IMG/VR virus record: IMGVR_UViG_3300045988_154040
DNA length: 64,000 nucleotides
Source of the DNA: a virus
Reading direction: 5' to 3' (one strand)
Shown: positions 49,888-60,344 of the stretch, piece after piece
How positions within the stretch are numbered: the stretch's first letter is position 1
Layout: every line of letters starts with the position of its first letter
Translations under genes and position numbers: made by a program
Notes under the pieces: generated by a model
Database searches by the model: none
What the model was told of the DNA's origin: nothing
Seen by the model: the letters and a program-made list of their open reading frames with translations, nothing else

Positions 49888-50796
49888 ATGGAAGTGATTG
49901 CGATGGCCACAGTTGTTAAAAAAATTCGTCCCATAACTGATTCTTATTGTATTAGGTGCAATAGACAGTATCCAATAGAAAATTTTTACAAAAGTGATAA
50001 TATTCATCACACTACAGGAGTAATGCCTTATTGTAAAAATTGTACTAAGGAAATGTATCAGGACAATTTAAAAAGATTTAAAGATATAAGAAGTGCTTTA
50101 TGGGTGACATGCAGTGAAGTTGGAATACCCTTTATGGAAAAAGTCTATGATAATCTTATGGAAAAAGTTAAAAAAGCTCGTGATGAAAAAGTTTTAACCA
50201 GTACATATAACTATTGGGGAAATTTTATTTCTAGTTATATGGGATTAAAGAAAAAAACAGATAAATGGGATAGTTTTGGAGTAACAGATGTAGATAAATC
50301 CGAAGCTATTTTAGATATTAGTCAAGAAAAATTAAGAAAAGAAAAACTCAAACAGTTTATTTTAGACTGGGGAGAACAAGATGAAGATGATTATGCGTAT
50401 CTTGAATATCGGTGGGATTTTTATACAGAAGATATAAACCTTACTCCTGCTCAGGAGAGTTTGTATAGAAAATTATGTATTTCAGAGTTAGATTATCGTA
50501 AAGCAAAAGAAAATGAAGAAAGCGGAAAAGAACAGCAAGAATCTATTCTTAAGCTTATGAAAACATTAAAAATTGATAATTTTACTCAAAAGAAAGAAAA
50601 AACTCTTACAGAACAAATGCTGGAAAAACAGATTTGGGAGATTGAGAACACCACTCCGGCTGAATGTGAAGATTTGAATAAATACAAAGATTTTTGTAAT
50701 ATTGAATCTGATTGGTTTAAGTATATTGTTTCTGCTGTTAAGAATTTGATTGCAGGAACGAAAGAATATCCTCTAATTCCCAGAAAACGTGATTAG
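49888..50796 (+). CDS. hypothetical protein, positional candidate for small terminase
   Basis: 302 aa directly upstream of terL. N-terminal CxxC..CxxC and a charged coiled-coil C-terminus. The call rests on position only. Confidence 0.3.
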   Translation: MEVIAMATVVKKIRPITDSYCIRCNRQYPIENFYKSDNIHHTTGVMPYCKNCTKEMYQDNLKRFKDIRSALWVTCSEVGIPFMEKVYDNLMEKVKKARDEKVLTSTYNYWGNFISSYMGLKKKTDKWDSFGVTDVDKSEAILDISQEKLRKEKLKQFILDWGEQDEDDYAYLEYRWDFYTEDINLTPAQESLYRKLCISELDYRKAKENEESGKEQQESILKLMKTLKIDNFTQKKEKTLTEQMLEKQIWEIENTTPAECEDLNKYKDFCNIESDWFKYIVSAVKNLIAGTKEYPLIPRKRD

Positions 50797-50810
50797 TAGG
50801 AGGATAAATT

Positions 50811-51362
50811 ATGAATGAAAATGAAGAAATAGAATTTAAACAACCTACTATAACAGAATTAATTGAAGAACGTAAAAGAAAAAATGAAGCAAAGAAAAAG
50901 AAAAATAAAAAAATACCTTATGAACAAAGAAGAAAAAATATTATAGAATGGACTACTTTTTATAGACGTAATTGGAATCTTTATGCAGTGCATAGATTAA
51001 TGTTGTCTCTATACCCTTTTCAGCATATTATGCTTTATTTAATGGGTATAAGTAGTACATTTTTTGCTATATGTAGTCGAGGTTTATCAAAAACCTTTAT
51101 TGTGGCATTAGGTGCGTTAATTCATGGATTGCTTTATCCTTATGCAGAAGTGGTTATTACTTCTTCTACTATTCCACAGGCCAAGAAAATGGTAGATAAG
51201 AAAATGGAGAATGAATTGTGTAAAAAACTTTCTCCATTGTTACAATATTATTATGAACATGAAGATATTAAATTTTCATATAGTGATAATGAGATAAAAG
51301 TTGAAATTAAACCAACAAATTCAACTATTTTAGTACTTCCTTGTTTGGACAGTGCTAGAGGT
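50811..51362 (+). CDS. terL: terminase large subunit, exon 1
   Basis: Walker A-like FAICSRGLSKTF. The exon ends ..CLDSARG (GGT at 51360-51362). The tracked ORF then reads 30 more codons into the intron. Confidence 0.7.
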
Positions 51363-51640
51363 GGAAACATTAAGTTGCACAACTCGCCTCTCTGGTTGGT
51401 GACAATCAGTAAAAATAAATTGGGAAAGAAACCTGGAAACCTGAAATGGTAATCAGAATGGAAGGATACGTGTAATAGCGTATTCACATGCAGAGCGTAG
51501 ACATTGAACCTGTTTGAATCAGAATATAATATGTCCAAGAGTTCCCAACCCTTTAAATATAAAGGTGAAAAGGTACGCCGACCTTGCTAGAAATACAATA
51601 GCAAGAACTATGGGATAAAAAGCCCATAGGATAACATTTG
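51363..51640 (+). mobile_element. small ORF-less intron in terL (group I-like, different subtype)
   Basis: 278 nt. Joining T51362 to G51641 (preceded by G51640) gives ..DSARG|ERATFLIYEE, restoring the usual spacing before Walker B (LIYEE). It lacks the GATATAGTC core of the other five introns. Confidence 0.55.
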
Positions 51641-52393
51641 GAACGTGCAACTTTTCTTATATATGAAGAATGTAGACTTTTGAAAAAGACTATTATAGAT
51701 AGTGTTTTTCAGAAAATGGCCCATCCACGTCAAGCTAAATTTTTAACTTTATCAGAATATCAAGATGAAGATGGAAAACCTTTATCTCGATGGTTAGAGG
51801 AATGTAAATCTGTTTATATTACTTCTGCTAGATTCAAGATAGAATGGTTTTGGACGGAATTTAAAAAAGTAGTTCAACAATGTATGATATCTAATAAGCA
51901 TAAATATAATTTCTTTGCAGGAAATATATTTTTAGCAATATTATATGGTTTAAAAACATGGCAAGATTATTTTCATGCCAAAGAATTTGATAGTGATATA
52001 GACCATAGAACAGAGGATTTAAATGAAATGATAGGGGAAGCAGATGGAGCTTTCTTTTCTATGGAATCTTTTAAAAAGAACCAAATTATACGTAATGCTT
52101 TTAAACCTCCTACTATATTGGATTTATATTCTAATGTAGATTTAGGAAACAGACCCAAGAAAGATGGAGAAAAACGATTAATATTCATTGACTATGCTTT
52201 TGCGAATACTACATCAAATTCTAAAAATGATAACAGTGTTATTGGCTGTATGTCTGTTATTTTTAGAGATGATGGGAAAACCTTAAGGGAAGTAGATTAT
52301 ATAGGTACTCACCCCGCAGGAGACAGTATAGGATTTAACTTGAAAATTAGAGAATTTTTCTTTGATTATCAAGCTGACTATATTGTATTGGAT
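51641..52393 (+). CDS. terL: terminase large subunit, exon 2
   Basis: ERATFLIYEECRLL (Walker B). First nuclease acidic motif RLIFIDYAFANT. Ends ..DYIVLD followed by TAA. Confidence 0.7.
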
Positions 52394-53670
52394 TAATTCT
52401 GAGGTCCACTTTTATGGTGACATAAAATGAATAAATGTGTTGAATTGCTGGAAACCCCTAAAGCCACATGAACCACAACGTAAGTATGAAATAAGACTAA
52501 GCGTGATGGTGACGAAAGTAGAAAAAATCATGTGGATGGCATAAGGTTAAATCCTAAGTGCTTTAAAATGGGCAATCAGCCGCCAAGCTCTGAATAGGAG
52601 AAGGTTCAACGACTATCCCGCAAGGGAGTACACTGCAAGCGATTGGCAGTGGAAGTGGCACACATCTTATGAAATTAAGATGAAGATATAGTCTGCTCTA
52701 TATGGAAACATATAGTATCTAACGTGTAGCGGCGTTTTCTTAACTTATAAAAAGTAAATAAGACAGAGGGTAGCTCCCTTTTCTTGTACTGCAATACAGG
52801 ATTATTATTTACTTTTTATCATATCTTTTTGCAGAAAGGTTTAAGGTAGAAATTATGAAAATTTGGGAAGTAAATTCTAGTAAGCGTTTTAATTTTGGTT
52901 GTATTTATTTATGGACTAATCTTATTAATGGTAAACATTATGTTGGACAGACAGTTAATTTTTATCAACGTATTCAACGATATAAGAAAGGTTTAATTAA
53001 TTCTTATATGAAAGAAGATATTGATAAATATGGTATGGAAAATTTTAAAGTTGAAATATTGGAAAGGATAGAAGATATTTCAAATGAAGATTTCCTTACT
53101 GAAAGAGAGCAATATTGGATGGATTATTATCAGTCTTATGATTTAGAAAAAGGCTATAATATATTTGATGTTGCTGGCAATGTCTGTTATTTAAAACGTA
53201 GTGATACTATTAAAGAAAGATTTTGTGGAGAAGGAAATGGAATGTATGGTAAACATCATTCTGATGAATGGAAACAAAATCATTCTGATTGCGTAAAAGG
53301 TTTGTGGAAAAAAGAAGAATATAGAAAAGTTCAGACAGAAAGGATGCAAGGAGAAAATAATCCTATGTATGGGGTATCTTTAGATGGTGAGAAAAATGGA
53401 ATGTATGGTAAACATCATTCTGATGAAACCAAAAGAAAGATAGCTGAAAGTAAAATAGGGAAAACTCATGCACCTACTCATTTTAAAAGAGTGAGATGTG
53501 TTGAAACTGGAAAAATCTATAATAGTCAGAGTGAAGCCGCACAAGAGTATGGCATAACTCCGGCCGCAATCAGTTTAGTTTGTAAAGGTAAAAATAAGAC
53601 AGCCAAGAAAATGCATTGGGAATTTGTAGACTAATCTCAAAAATAGTAATAGAAACAATACAAGACTCAG
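52394..53670 (+). mobile_element. group I intron in terL carrying a GIY-YIG homing endonuclease
   Basis: Begins TAA after a GAT codon, like the RNAP and dnaE-A introns. Core TTCAACGACTATCCC and GATATAGTC (52685-52693). The 3' boundary is unresolved within about 53630-53680. Confidence 0.7.
52855..53634 (+). CDS. GIY-YIG homing endonuclease (I-TevI/Seg-like) with NUMOD3 repeats and C-terminal HTH
   Basis: GCIYLWTNLINGKHYVGQT, EREQYWMDYY, repeated NGMYGKHHSDE(W/T)K, C-terminal IYNSQSEAAQEYGITPAAISLVCKGK. Confidence 0.85.
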   Translation: MKIWEVNSSKRFNFGCIYLWTNLINGKHYVGQTVNFYQRIQRYKKGLINSYMKEDIDKYGMENFKVEILERIEDISNEDFLTEREQYWMDYYQSYDLEKGYNIFDVAGNVCYLKRSDTIKERFCGEGNGMYGKHHSDEWKQNHSDCVKGLWKKEEYRKVQTERMQGENNPMYGVSLDGEKNGMYGKHHSDETKRKIAESKIGKTHAPTHFKRVRCVETGKIYNSQSEAAQEYGITPAAISLVCKGKNKTAKKMHWEFVD

Positions 53671-54253
53671 AAATGGCGGTGAAGTAAATTTTAATGACCT
53701 TACTACAATTCTTGAACATCCTCAAAGAGATGAAAAACATTGGAATAGTCATGGATTTACTGTTTGTCATGAAAACAAATTGCATGTACTTCCAAAAGCT
53801 AAGATTGAAGATTTGAAAAGTAGGGCTGTTGACCAACAAGCAATTCCTGCTATTATTCCTATTCAGGGTACAGAGGAATTAAACAGTAATATGTGGTTAG
53901 ACTTACAAAAAGCTCTTAAAGGTGAATATATTCATTTCTTAATTGATGAACTTAATTTGGAAACTTTGATGGAAGAAGATTTAAGTTATTTTGATTTAAG
54001 TAGCGAAGAAAAAGCAATTATTAAATTGCCTTATGTTCATACTCTGGAAATGATAGGTGAAGCTATAAGTCTTAATCAAACCTGGAACGGAGGTAAGGTT
54101 AAACTTCATGAACCTACCACAACAGATGCTACAAAGGATAAAATAGTAGCAGTTAGTTATTGTAACTATATAGCTACTTTACTGGAAAATAAATATGCTA
54201 TACAAAATCAAAATGATACTAGTATGATTGATATAGAACAATTGGTATTTTAA
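53671..54253 (+). CDS. terL: terminase large subunit, exon 3 (start approximate)
   Basis: The frame is open from 53630 and reads ..RNGGEVNFNDLTTILEHPQRDEKHWNSHGFTVC.. before the tracked TTG start. It continues the nuclease domain after ..DYIVLD. Confidence 0.6.
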
Positions 54254-54260
54254 CAAATTT

Positions 54261-54283
54261 GGGCTATTTTTTATAGCCCTTTA
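54261..54283 (+). terminator. weak hairpin after terL
   Basis: GGGCTA (54261-54266) / TAGCCC (54274-54279) followed by TTT. Confidence 0.35.
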
Positions 54284-54323
54284 CATATATAAATTTATAA
54301 AGAAAGGAGAAAGCTAAATATAA

Positions 54324-55949
54324 ATGAAAAATAGTCCAAGGATAATTCCTAACCAACAGCAGAATAATATTTCTGTTTCTGATTCTGTTATGTTATCAGA
54401 ACAAGAAGCATACGATGTAATAAAATTTGCAAATAATTTATACGGCTATGAAAGTTTTGGTGTATATACCCCATGGCTTTCTAATGAAAATTTAATCAAT
54501 CTTAATAATAATTCACGCATTCCTACTAATGTGGAATCTATTATTAAAGCATTAAAGGATTATAAAAGAGAAGCTAATAATTTGCAAGCTTACAGTGAGT
54601 TTATGGAAGTATTTGATATGCTTTATAATCGAACTGTTGAATATTATACAAATCTTCTTTCTTTTGATTTACAAATTACATGTAAAAATGTAAAAAATCC
54701 CAAAGAGGATTATACTTCGTCCAGATATTTAGAAGATAAAGCAAGAGTATATAAGTTTCTTGATAATTTTGACTATAAAGCAGAATTTAGAAGAGTTGTA
54801 AAACAGTTGTTGCGCCATGAAACTCATTATGTGAGTTTTAGAAATAACATGAATAAAAATGACCCTAAATATACATTGCAAACATTACCACAGGACAGAT
54901 GTTTATTAACAGGATATTTTGAAAGTGGTTTATTGTTTGATTTTGATATGATGTATTTTATTGGTACACCGGGGGTAGACATAAATTGTTATGACCCTAT
55001 TTTCAAAAAATACTTAAGTGAAGTATGGGCTACTCAAGGATTAATGGATTATATTCCTTCTAGTCCTTTAAGTAACAGAGATGGAACATTTACACTTTTT
55101 CATCAGACCAGCCCTATGGATAATTTCTGGGCTTTTAAATTTGATATGTCCAATTTTTCTTCTGTACCTTTCTTATCTCCATTTTTGAAGAATGTTTTTA
55201 ACAATACAGAAATAGCAAAGTTGCAGAAAAATAAAGATATTGCTTCGGCTTTTGGTTTGCTGTACGGAGAAATGAGAATGCAGGAAAGTGCTAAATCTGG
55301 GGAAGTTCCTGATAGATTTGCATTAAATCCAGGAACATTAGGTAAATTTATGAGACTGGTATCCGCAGGATTAAAAAGTTCTATGACTTCTGATTCTGTA
55401 ATTAAATCTGTGGCACTACCTTTGGAAGAAGCAGAATTTAAACAGTTTGAAGATAAAAATACAGGAATGGCTATAGATGCCGCTAAAGATACTGTAGCTA
55501 ACGGGGCCTCTGCCAGTAGACTTTTATATACTACGGATAGAATGTCTAATGAAGAATTTATAGCGGCAGTAACAGCAGATTATGAAATTGTAGCAAAACT
55601 TTATTCACAGTTTAATAATTTCTTAGAATTTTATGTTAATCAGAAAACTAAACAGTATAAATTTAAATTTACTTTTGATGGATGTACTCAACCATTTTGG
55701 AGAAAACGTAAACAAGATTCTGTAATGAAACTTGCTGATGTTGGATTAGTTCTTAATTCAAGTGCATACGCGGCGGCATTTGGATATAAGCCCACAGATT
55801 TTGATAGACTGTTAGAAGAAGGACATAATGGAGGAATGTTAGATAACCTTTCTCAGTTACTTTCTATTCATAATATGTCTAATCCAGGGGGGCGACCTCC
55901 TTCTGATGAACCTTTGTCAGATAGTGGAGAGAGAAGCCGTAACCAATAG
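54324..55949 (+). CDS. probable portal protein
   Basis: 541 aa ORF immediately downstream of terL with a good SD (AAAGGAGAAAG). The call rests on size and position; no motif was recognised. Confidence 0.45.
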   Translation: MKNSPRIIPNQQQNNISVSDSVMLSEQEAYDVIKFANNLYGYESFGVYTPWLSNENLINLNNNSRIPTNVESIIKALKDYKREANNLQAYSEFMEVFDMLYNRTVEYYTNLLSFDLQITCKNVKNPKEDYTSSRYLEDKARVYKFLDNFDYKAEFRRVVKQLLRHETHYVSFRNNMNKNDPKYTLQTLPQDRCLLTGYFESGLLFDFDMMYFIGTPGVDINCYDPIFKKYLSEVWATQGLMDYIPSSPLSNRDGTFTLFHQTSPMDNFWAFKFDMSNFSSVPFLSPFLKNVFNNTEIAKLQKNKDIASAFGLLYGEMRMQESAKSGEVPDRFALNPGTLGKFMRLVSAGLKSSMTSDSVIKSVALPLEEAEFKQFEDKNTGMAIDAAKDTVANGASASRLLYTTDRMSNEEFIAAVTADYEIVAKLYSQFNNFLEFYVNQKTKQYKFKFTFDGCTQPFWRKRKQDSVMKLADVGLVLNSSAYAAAFGYKPTDFDRLLEEGHNGGMLDNLSQLLSIHNMSNPGGRPPSDEPLSDSGERSRNQ

Positions 55950-56081
55950 GTGGTTACAAGGTGGTACAAGTGATTAGAGCCGTTTTTTAGTCTGAACATG
56001 ATAAAGTGTTCCAGATAGCGGTTTTTTGAATCTGTACTATCTTGTACCAATTTATAAAAAAAGAGGGGTGAAATGTAATAT

Positions 56082-56588
56082 ATGTTAATTTCTCAAGAAA
56101 CAAGTGAAGCTTTGGATATTTTAGTAGGTAAAATGTTTGACCTTAATCGAAGTTTTGATAGAGCAGTATCTTGGATGCAGAATGTGTTTAGTATGCCACA
56201 AGCCTCAGATATTGTTCATCATAATTTAGCACATTTATTTCCTTTATTGGCAGATTCATTAACGGAAATAAAAGACAGATACAATATTCCTTCTGTATAT
56301 CCAGAAACACATAAAGATGACAGAGAATATGAGAATCTTTTTGTTATGTTCACAACACTTTTAAAAGAATGTTCAGACGGTTATGAAATGATTGTAAAAG
56401 TGGAGGATATAGCTATTTCTCATAAAGATAAGAATGTATTAGCTGATATGGTTGATTTTATGCAGAAATATAATGAACTTATGGGGCAGGTAATTACGTT
56501 AAGAGATAAGGCTCAACAGCTTCCTACTGCTTATGATGAATTTGATAGGCATATTAAATCTTGGAAGATTGATGGGGTGAAATTGTAA
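56082..56588 (+). CDS. hypothetical head-module protein
   Basis: 168 aa. SD AGAGGGGTGAAA upstream. Confidence 0.45.
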   Translation: MLISQETSEALDILVGKMFDLNRSFDRAVSWMQNVFSMPQASDIVHHNLAHLFPLLADSLTEIKDRYNIPSVYPETHKDDREYENLFVMFTTLLKECSDGYEMIVKVEDIAISHKDKNVLADMVDFMQKYNELMGQVITLRDKAQQLPTAYDEFDRHIKSWKIDGVKL

Positions 56589-56827
56589 TGGTAGAAAGAT
56601 GTACCCCAAGTGATATTACTTCGTATTGGGTTGTAGAAGATACGCAAGAAAATATCATATTACAGAAAAATGAATTATATCCTCGTTATATGGATGAAAA
56701 ATACTGTTATTATGAATTAAATAAACATTTTGTCGATGTTTATTTAAAATTAATAAATGAAGATATTTTGTTAAAAAGAATTAATGAATTTAATACCGTA
56801 GTAAGAAAGGGGAAGAATAGTGAGTGA
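56588..56827 (+). CDS. hypothetical protein
   Basis: 79 aa. ATG overlaps the upstream stop (TAATG). Confidence 0.4.
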   Translation: MVERCTPSDITSYWVVEDTQENIILQKNELYPRYMDEKYCYYELNKHFVDVYLKLINEDILLKRINEFNTVVRKGKNSE

Positions 56828-58620
56828 AAAAGATAGAGGATAATAAAACATTAACAGGCACAATTCATAATTTCTCTATTGATTTAATTGAGAATTTCAT
56901 TGAAGATTCTGACCCAGAATTTGCATACGGCACAATGGTATTTTTATCTACAAAGCCAAATTCTCATAAATTGGATATAAGTGAAGATGTTTTACGTGAA
57001 TGCGCTTCAAGTATATTGGGTAAATGGGTAGTATGTAGGGTGAATCCTTATACAAAAGAAGCAGAAGGTCATTCTCCCTTAGAAGTTATTGTAGGGCAAG
57101 TTCCTAAAGACCAGGAAATAAAGTTCAGTTATGATAAAGACGGTTATTTATTGGCAAGCGCCGATTTTATTTTATCTAAAATTTACGCTGTAGATACTTA
57201 TAATTTGTTTAAAAATGGTAACTTTAGAAATGTTTCTGTTGAAATGTTGACTAGCGGAACCATAATGGCAGATGGTAGAGAAGATGAAAAAGATGTTTCT
57301 CATTTAAGTATTTGTGGAGTTACTATTTTAGGAAAAAGAATTAATGGAAGTTGCCCCAGTGCAAACGCTCAGTTAGTTCAGTTTGAAGAAAAAGTAACAG
57401 AATTTTATGAAAATCATCATATTAACGAACTAGAAGCGCTGAAAAAGTTTGCCGAAGAAGGGAGAAAAGCAATGGCAGATAAGATGTATAAAGTAGATAA
57501 ATCAAAAGATGCAATGTCAGATACTCCATGGGGAGATATAAACAAAGAAGAATTAAGGAAAAAGATTATGGAAGCTAGTAATAAAGCTTCTTTAGTTAAG
57601 GATGTTTATATGGTAGTAGAAGATGGTTGGGAAGAAGCTCCATCTGAAAAGCTTAAATATCCTGTTATGCAGTTTAAAGGCGATACTTTAGTGTATAACA
57701 AAGGTGGTTTGAGTTCTGCTTTAGGTTATGCAAAAGCAGAAAATGATTCATCAGTAGTTGATAAAGTAGAAAAAATCCGTAAGGATTTAGACATTGAAGA
57801 TGAAGAAAATAAAGATAATAAGAGTAAAGAAGGGAAGGAGCGTAAAATGGCGGCAGAAAAATTTGAAATTGAAGGTCGTGAAGCTTGGGGTGAAATAATT
57901 AAAAAGGTTCAGTCCCATGAAGGTCAGGGTGTTTACGTTGACAGCGTAGAGAAAGACCACATCATTTTTACCAAAGATGATATTCGTTACAAAGTAGAAG
58001 CGGATGTAAAAGTGGGAAAAGACGATAAAACCGTTGATGCGGAAATTCATTGGGATACAAAGAAAAAGGATAAGGTTCAGAAAATGTCTAAAAAGTCCAA
58101 GTTAGATGATGACGATGACGACAATGACGATGAAGGAGATAATAATGAAGATAAAGAGCACAGAGCTAATCTTCGTAAATGTGCTAAATTTATTGAAAAG
58201 TTATCTTCTGATGCAAATGTAGATGCTTCTGCATATATGGAAATGTTAGAGAAAGAAGCTGAAAGAAATAAAATTTTAGCTGAAAAACTGGCAGAAAAAG
58301 ACCATATCATTATGGAACATACTACAGAGCTTGAAAAGTTAAGAAAATTCAAGGAAGATAAAGACAAGGAAAGAGTTGAAATGGAAGTTTCCAAAACCTT
58401 GGAAGAAGTAAAAGAGTTTGTGGATAAGGAATGTTTTGAAACTCTTAAGACAGAAGGAATGGCTTGTAAGATGGAATCCATTGATGGTTGGAAGAATAAA
58501 GCAAAAAGTATGGCTTTTGAAAAGAGCCATGGCAAGTCACAGAAATTTAGTTCTAATGGTTTGTGGAGAATGGGTGCGCCTGTAGAAATAAAGAAAAATG
58601 GCGGCCTGTGGGAAGATTAA
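56824..58620 (+). CDS. possible prohead protease / scaffold fusion
   Basis: 598 aa with a GTG start overlapping the upstream stop. The N-terminal ~190 aa are globular (..EGHSPLEVIVGQV..). The C-terminal ~350 aa are highly charged coiled coil with a DDDDDDNDDEGDNNED tract. The call rests on position before the capsid candidate. Confidence 0.35.
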   Translation: MKKIEDNKTLTGTIHNFSIDLIENFIEDSDPEFAYGTMVFLSTKPNSHKLDISEDVLRECASSILGKWVVCRVNPYTKEAEGHSPLEVIVGQVPKDQEIKFSYDKDGYLLASADFILSKIYAVDTYNLFKNGNFRNVSVEMLTSGTIMADGREDEKDVSHLSICGVTILGKRINGSCPSANAQLVQFEEKVTEFYENHHINELEALKKFAEEGRKAMADKMYKVDKSKDAMSDTPWGDINKEELRKKIMEASNKASLVKDVYMVVEDGWEEAPSEKLKYPVMQFKGDTLVYNKGGLSSALGYAKAENDSSVVDKVEKIRKDLDIEDEENKDNKSKEGKERKMAAEKFEIEGREAWGEIIKKVQSHEGQGVYVDSVEKDHIIFTKDDIRYKVEADVKVGKDDKTVDAEIHWDTKKKDKVQKMSKKSKLDDDDDDNDDEGDNNEDKEHRANLRKCAKFIEKLSSDANVDASAYMEMLEKEAERNKILAEKLAEKDHIIMEHTTELEKLRKFKEDKDKERVEMEVSKTLEEVKEFVDKECFETLKTEGMACKMESIDGWKNKAKSMAFEKSHGKSQKFSSNGLWRMGAPVEIKKNGGLWED

Positions 58621-58641
58621 TAAAAAAGGAGAGAAATTAAT

Positions 58642-59190
58642 ATGGCTAACACGATTTTAGTTTTAACAAGGATTGCGGCTGATAATGTAGATGCTTATAA
58701 CAGAAGTGCTATTGCAACTACTAATACAATGAATGGAACACTGCTTACTTTGGAAACTGGGTTAAGTACGACACCTGGAAAGTCTTTCGTATTTAATGCT
58801 ACACCTTTAACAGACGCAGATGCGCATAAGCAGTACTGGATGGCTTGCTCACCAGAAGTAAATGTTTTAGGGGATGGTACTCTGCTTTATAAGGGTATTA
58901 ACAATGACCCCAGAAGTTTCTTTAATCCTGCCAATGTGGAATTTGATGTATTTGCTGTTCAGATTGGTGATATTGTTCAGGTAAGTGCACCTTTCTTTGC
59001 AGAGAATTTTGACCCAGGAACTGTTACTGGTGCAAAAGTAGTGGAGTATGATGCCGCCAATAAGGGAATGACTGCTAAGACCACTCCTACGGTTGATTAT
59101 ACTGGTATTCAGTTTGAAATCATCAAGAATTTTAACTTTGTTGTAGGCAGTGATAGCGTTCCAGGCTGGCTGTTGATGCGTGTAAACTAA
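58642..59190 (+). CDS. hypothetical head protein
   Basis: 182 aa. SD AAAGGAGAGAAA. Lies between the scaffold-like and capsid-like genes. Confidence 0.4.
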   Translation: MANTILVLTRIAADNVDAYNRSAIATTNTMNGTLLTLETGLSTTPGKSFVFNATPLTDADAHKQYWMACSPEVNVLGDGTLLYKGINNDPRSFFNPANVEFDVFAVQIGDIVQVSAPFFAENFDPGTVTGAKVVEYDAANKGMTAKTTPTVDYTGIQFEIIKNFNFVVGSDSVPGWLLMRVN

Positions 59191-59220
59191 TTAAAAAATA
59201 AATAAGGAGAGTATAATTTT

Positions 59221-60324
59221 ATGAGAGACTTAAGTATTGTAAAGTTTGCCAATGGTAACGATACTACTCTGAAATTCGCTGAAAGATTCAGAGACTATTA
59301 TTTCCATTTTATGTCAGAAGTTGCTAAGAAGAATTTAGGAACTTTTGATTCTTCTGTGTCTTTACAGGCTAAAGAAGATAGAATCAACAAAGATTTTATG
59401 ACGGAAGTGCAGAGGTTTGCAAATTTCCAGATTCCTGAGAATCTTGAACCCGCTCATATCGTTACCCATCCTACTATTGGTTGGGCCGCTTTTGCTATTG
59501 TGGATATGCTTATCCAGGCAGTTTTACCAGAGACAATTATAAACTCTATCGGAACTTATACCGATATTCGTAATATTGGCTGGGGCGATTCCGCACAGTT
59601 TGAGATTAAGCCAAGAGCGCTTATGACTATTTCTACGGCTGGCCATGGTCAGAGGACTACTTTCAGGCAGAAAGAATTCAGTTCCAATAAAACTCTTTTG
59701 CCTGTAAATCACGATATTACTGTATACGCATCTTTATATAAGGTGCTGGCAGGAAAAGAAACTCTTGCCGATTATGTCCGTAAAGCAATTCTGTCTATGG
59801 ATACAGAAATGACCCGTGATGCTTATAACGCTTTCCATGCTGGCTTTAACGCCGCAGATTATCCTTCTGCCCTGGTTAAAACAGGGTACACCCAGGATAC
59901 GCTTTTAAATCTGTGTCAGGTTGTTACTGCTTATAATCAGGGCGATAAAGCGGTTATTGTAGGTACTACTGCCGCTCTGTCTAAGGTTCTTCCTGATGCC
60001 GCCGCAGGATACAGAATTGTTACTAATTCAGAAGCTATTGGAATCCAGCTTATTCGTAACTTCTTTGATTACGATATTCTGGTACTTCCACAGGTGGCTA
60101 CTGCTAATTACCAGGATTACAGCTTACTTCTGGATGATAAGAAGATTCATGTTATTTCTCCATCCACTGATAAGCTGGTTAAGGGTGTTATTGAAGGTGT
60201 TACTTTAAACAATAGTAACAACTATTATGACAATGCTAACTTAACTTCCAACTCTACTATCAACAAGAGCTGGGCTTTTGAGTTTGTTTCTAATGCTACT
60301 GCTGGTCTTTTGAAGTTAGCATAA
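59221..60324 (+). CDS. probable major capsid protein
   Basis: 367 aa. SD AAGGAGAG. Higher GC and codon quality than neighbours. Followed by the strongest terminator of the block. The call rests on position and size. Confidence 0.45.
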   Translation: MRDLSIVKFANGNDTTLKFAERFRDYYFHFMSEVAKKNLGTFDSSVSLQAKEDRINKDFMTEVQRFANFQIPENLEPAHIVTHPTIGWAAFAIVDMLIQAVLPETIINSIGTYTDIRNIGWGDSAQFEIKPRALMTISTAGHGQRTTFRQKEFSSNKTLLPVNHDITVYASLYKVLAGKETLADYVRKAILSMDTEMTRDAYNAFHAGFNAADYPSALVKTGYTQDTLLNLCQVVTAYNQGDKAVIVGTTAALSKVLPDAAAGYRIVTNSEAIGIQLIRNFFDYDILVLPQVATANYQDYSLLLDDKKIHVISPSTDKLVKGVIEGVTLNNSNNYYDNANLTSNSTINKSWAFEFVSNATAGLLKLA

Positions 60325-60344
60325 GCATAAACCATTACTATTTT

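Noticed and set aside
57787-58535. Minus-strand ORFs 57787..58050, 58077..58535 and 58339..58530 inside the scaffold-like gene.
   Set aside because: They are antisense to a GA-rich, charged coiled-coil coding region. The Ser/Leu/Phe-rich translations are the usual mirror artefact.
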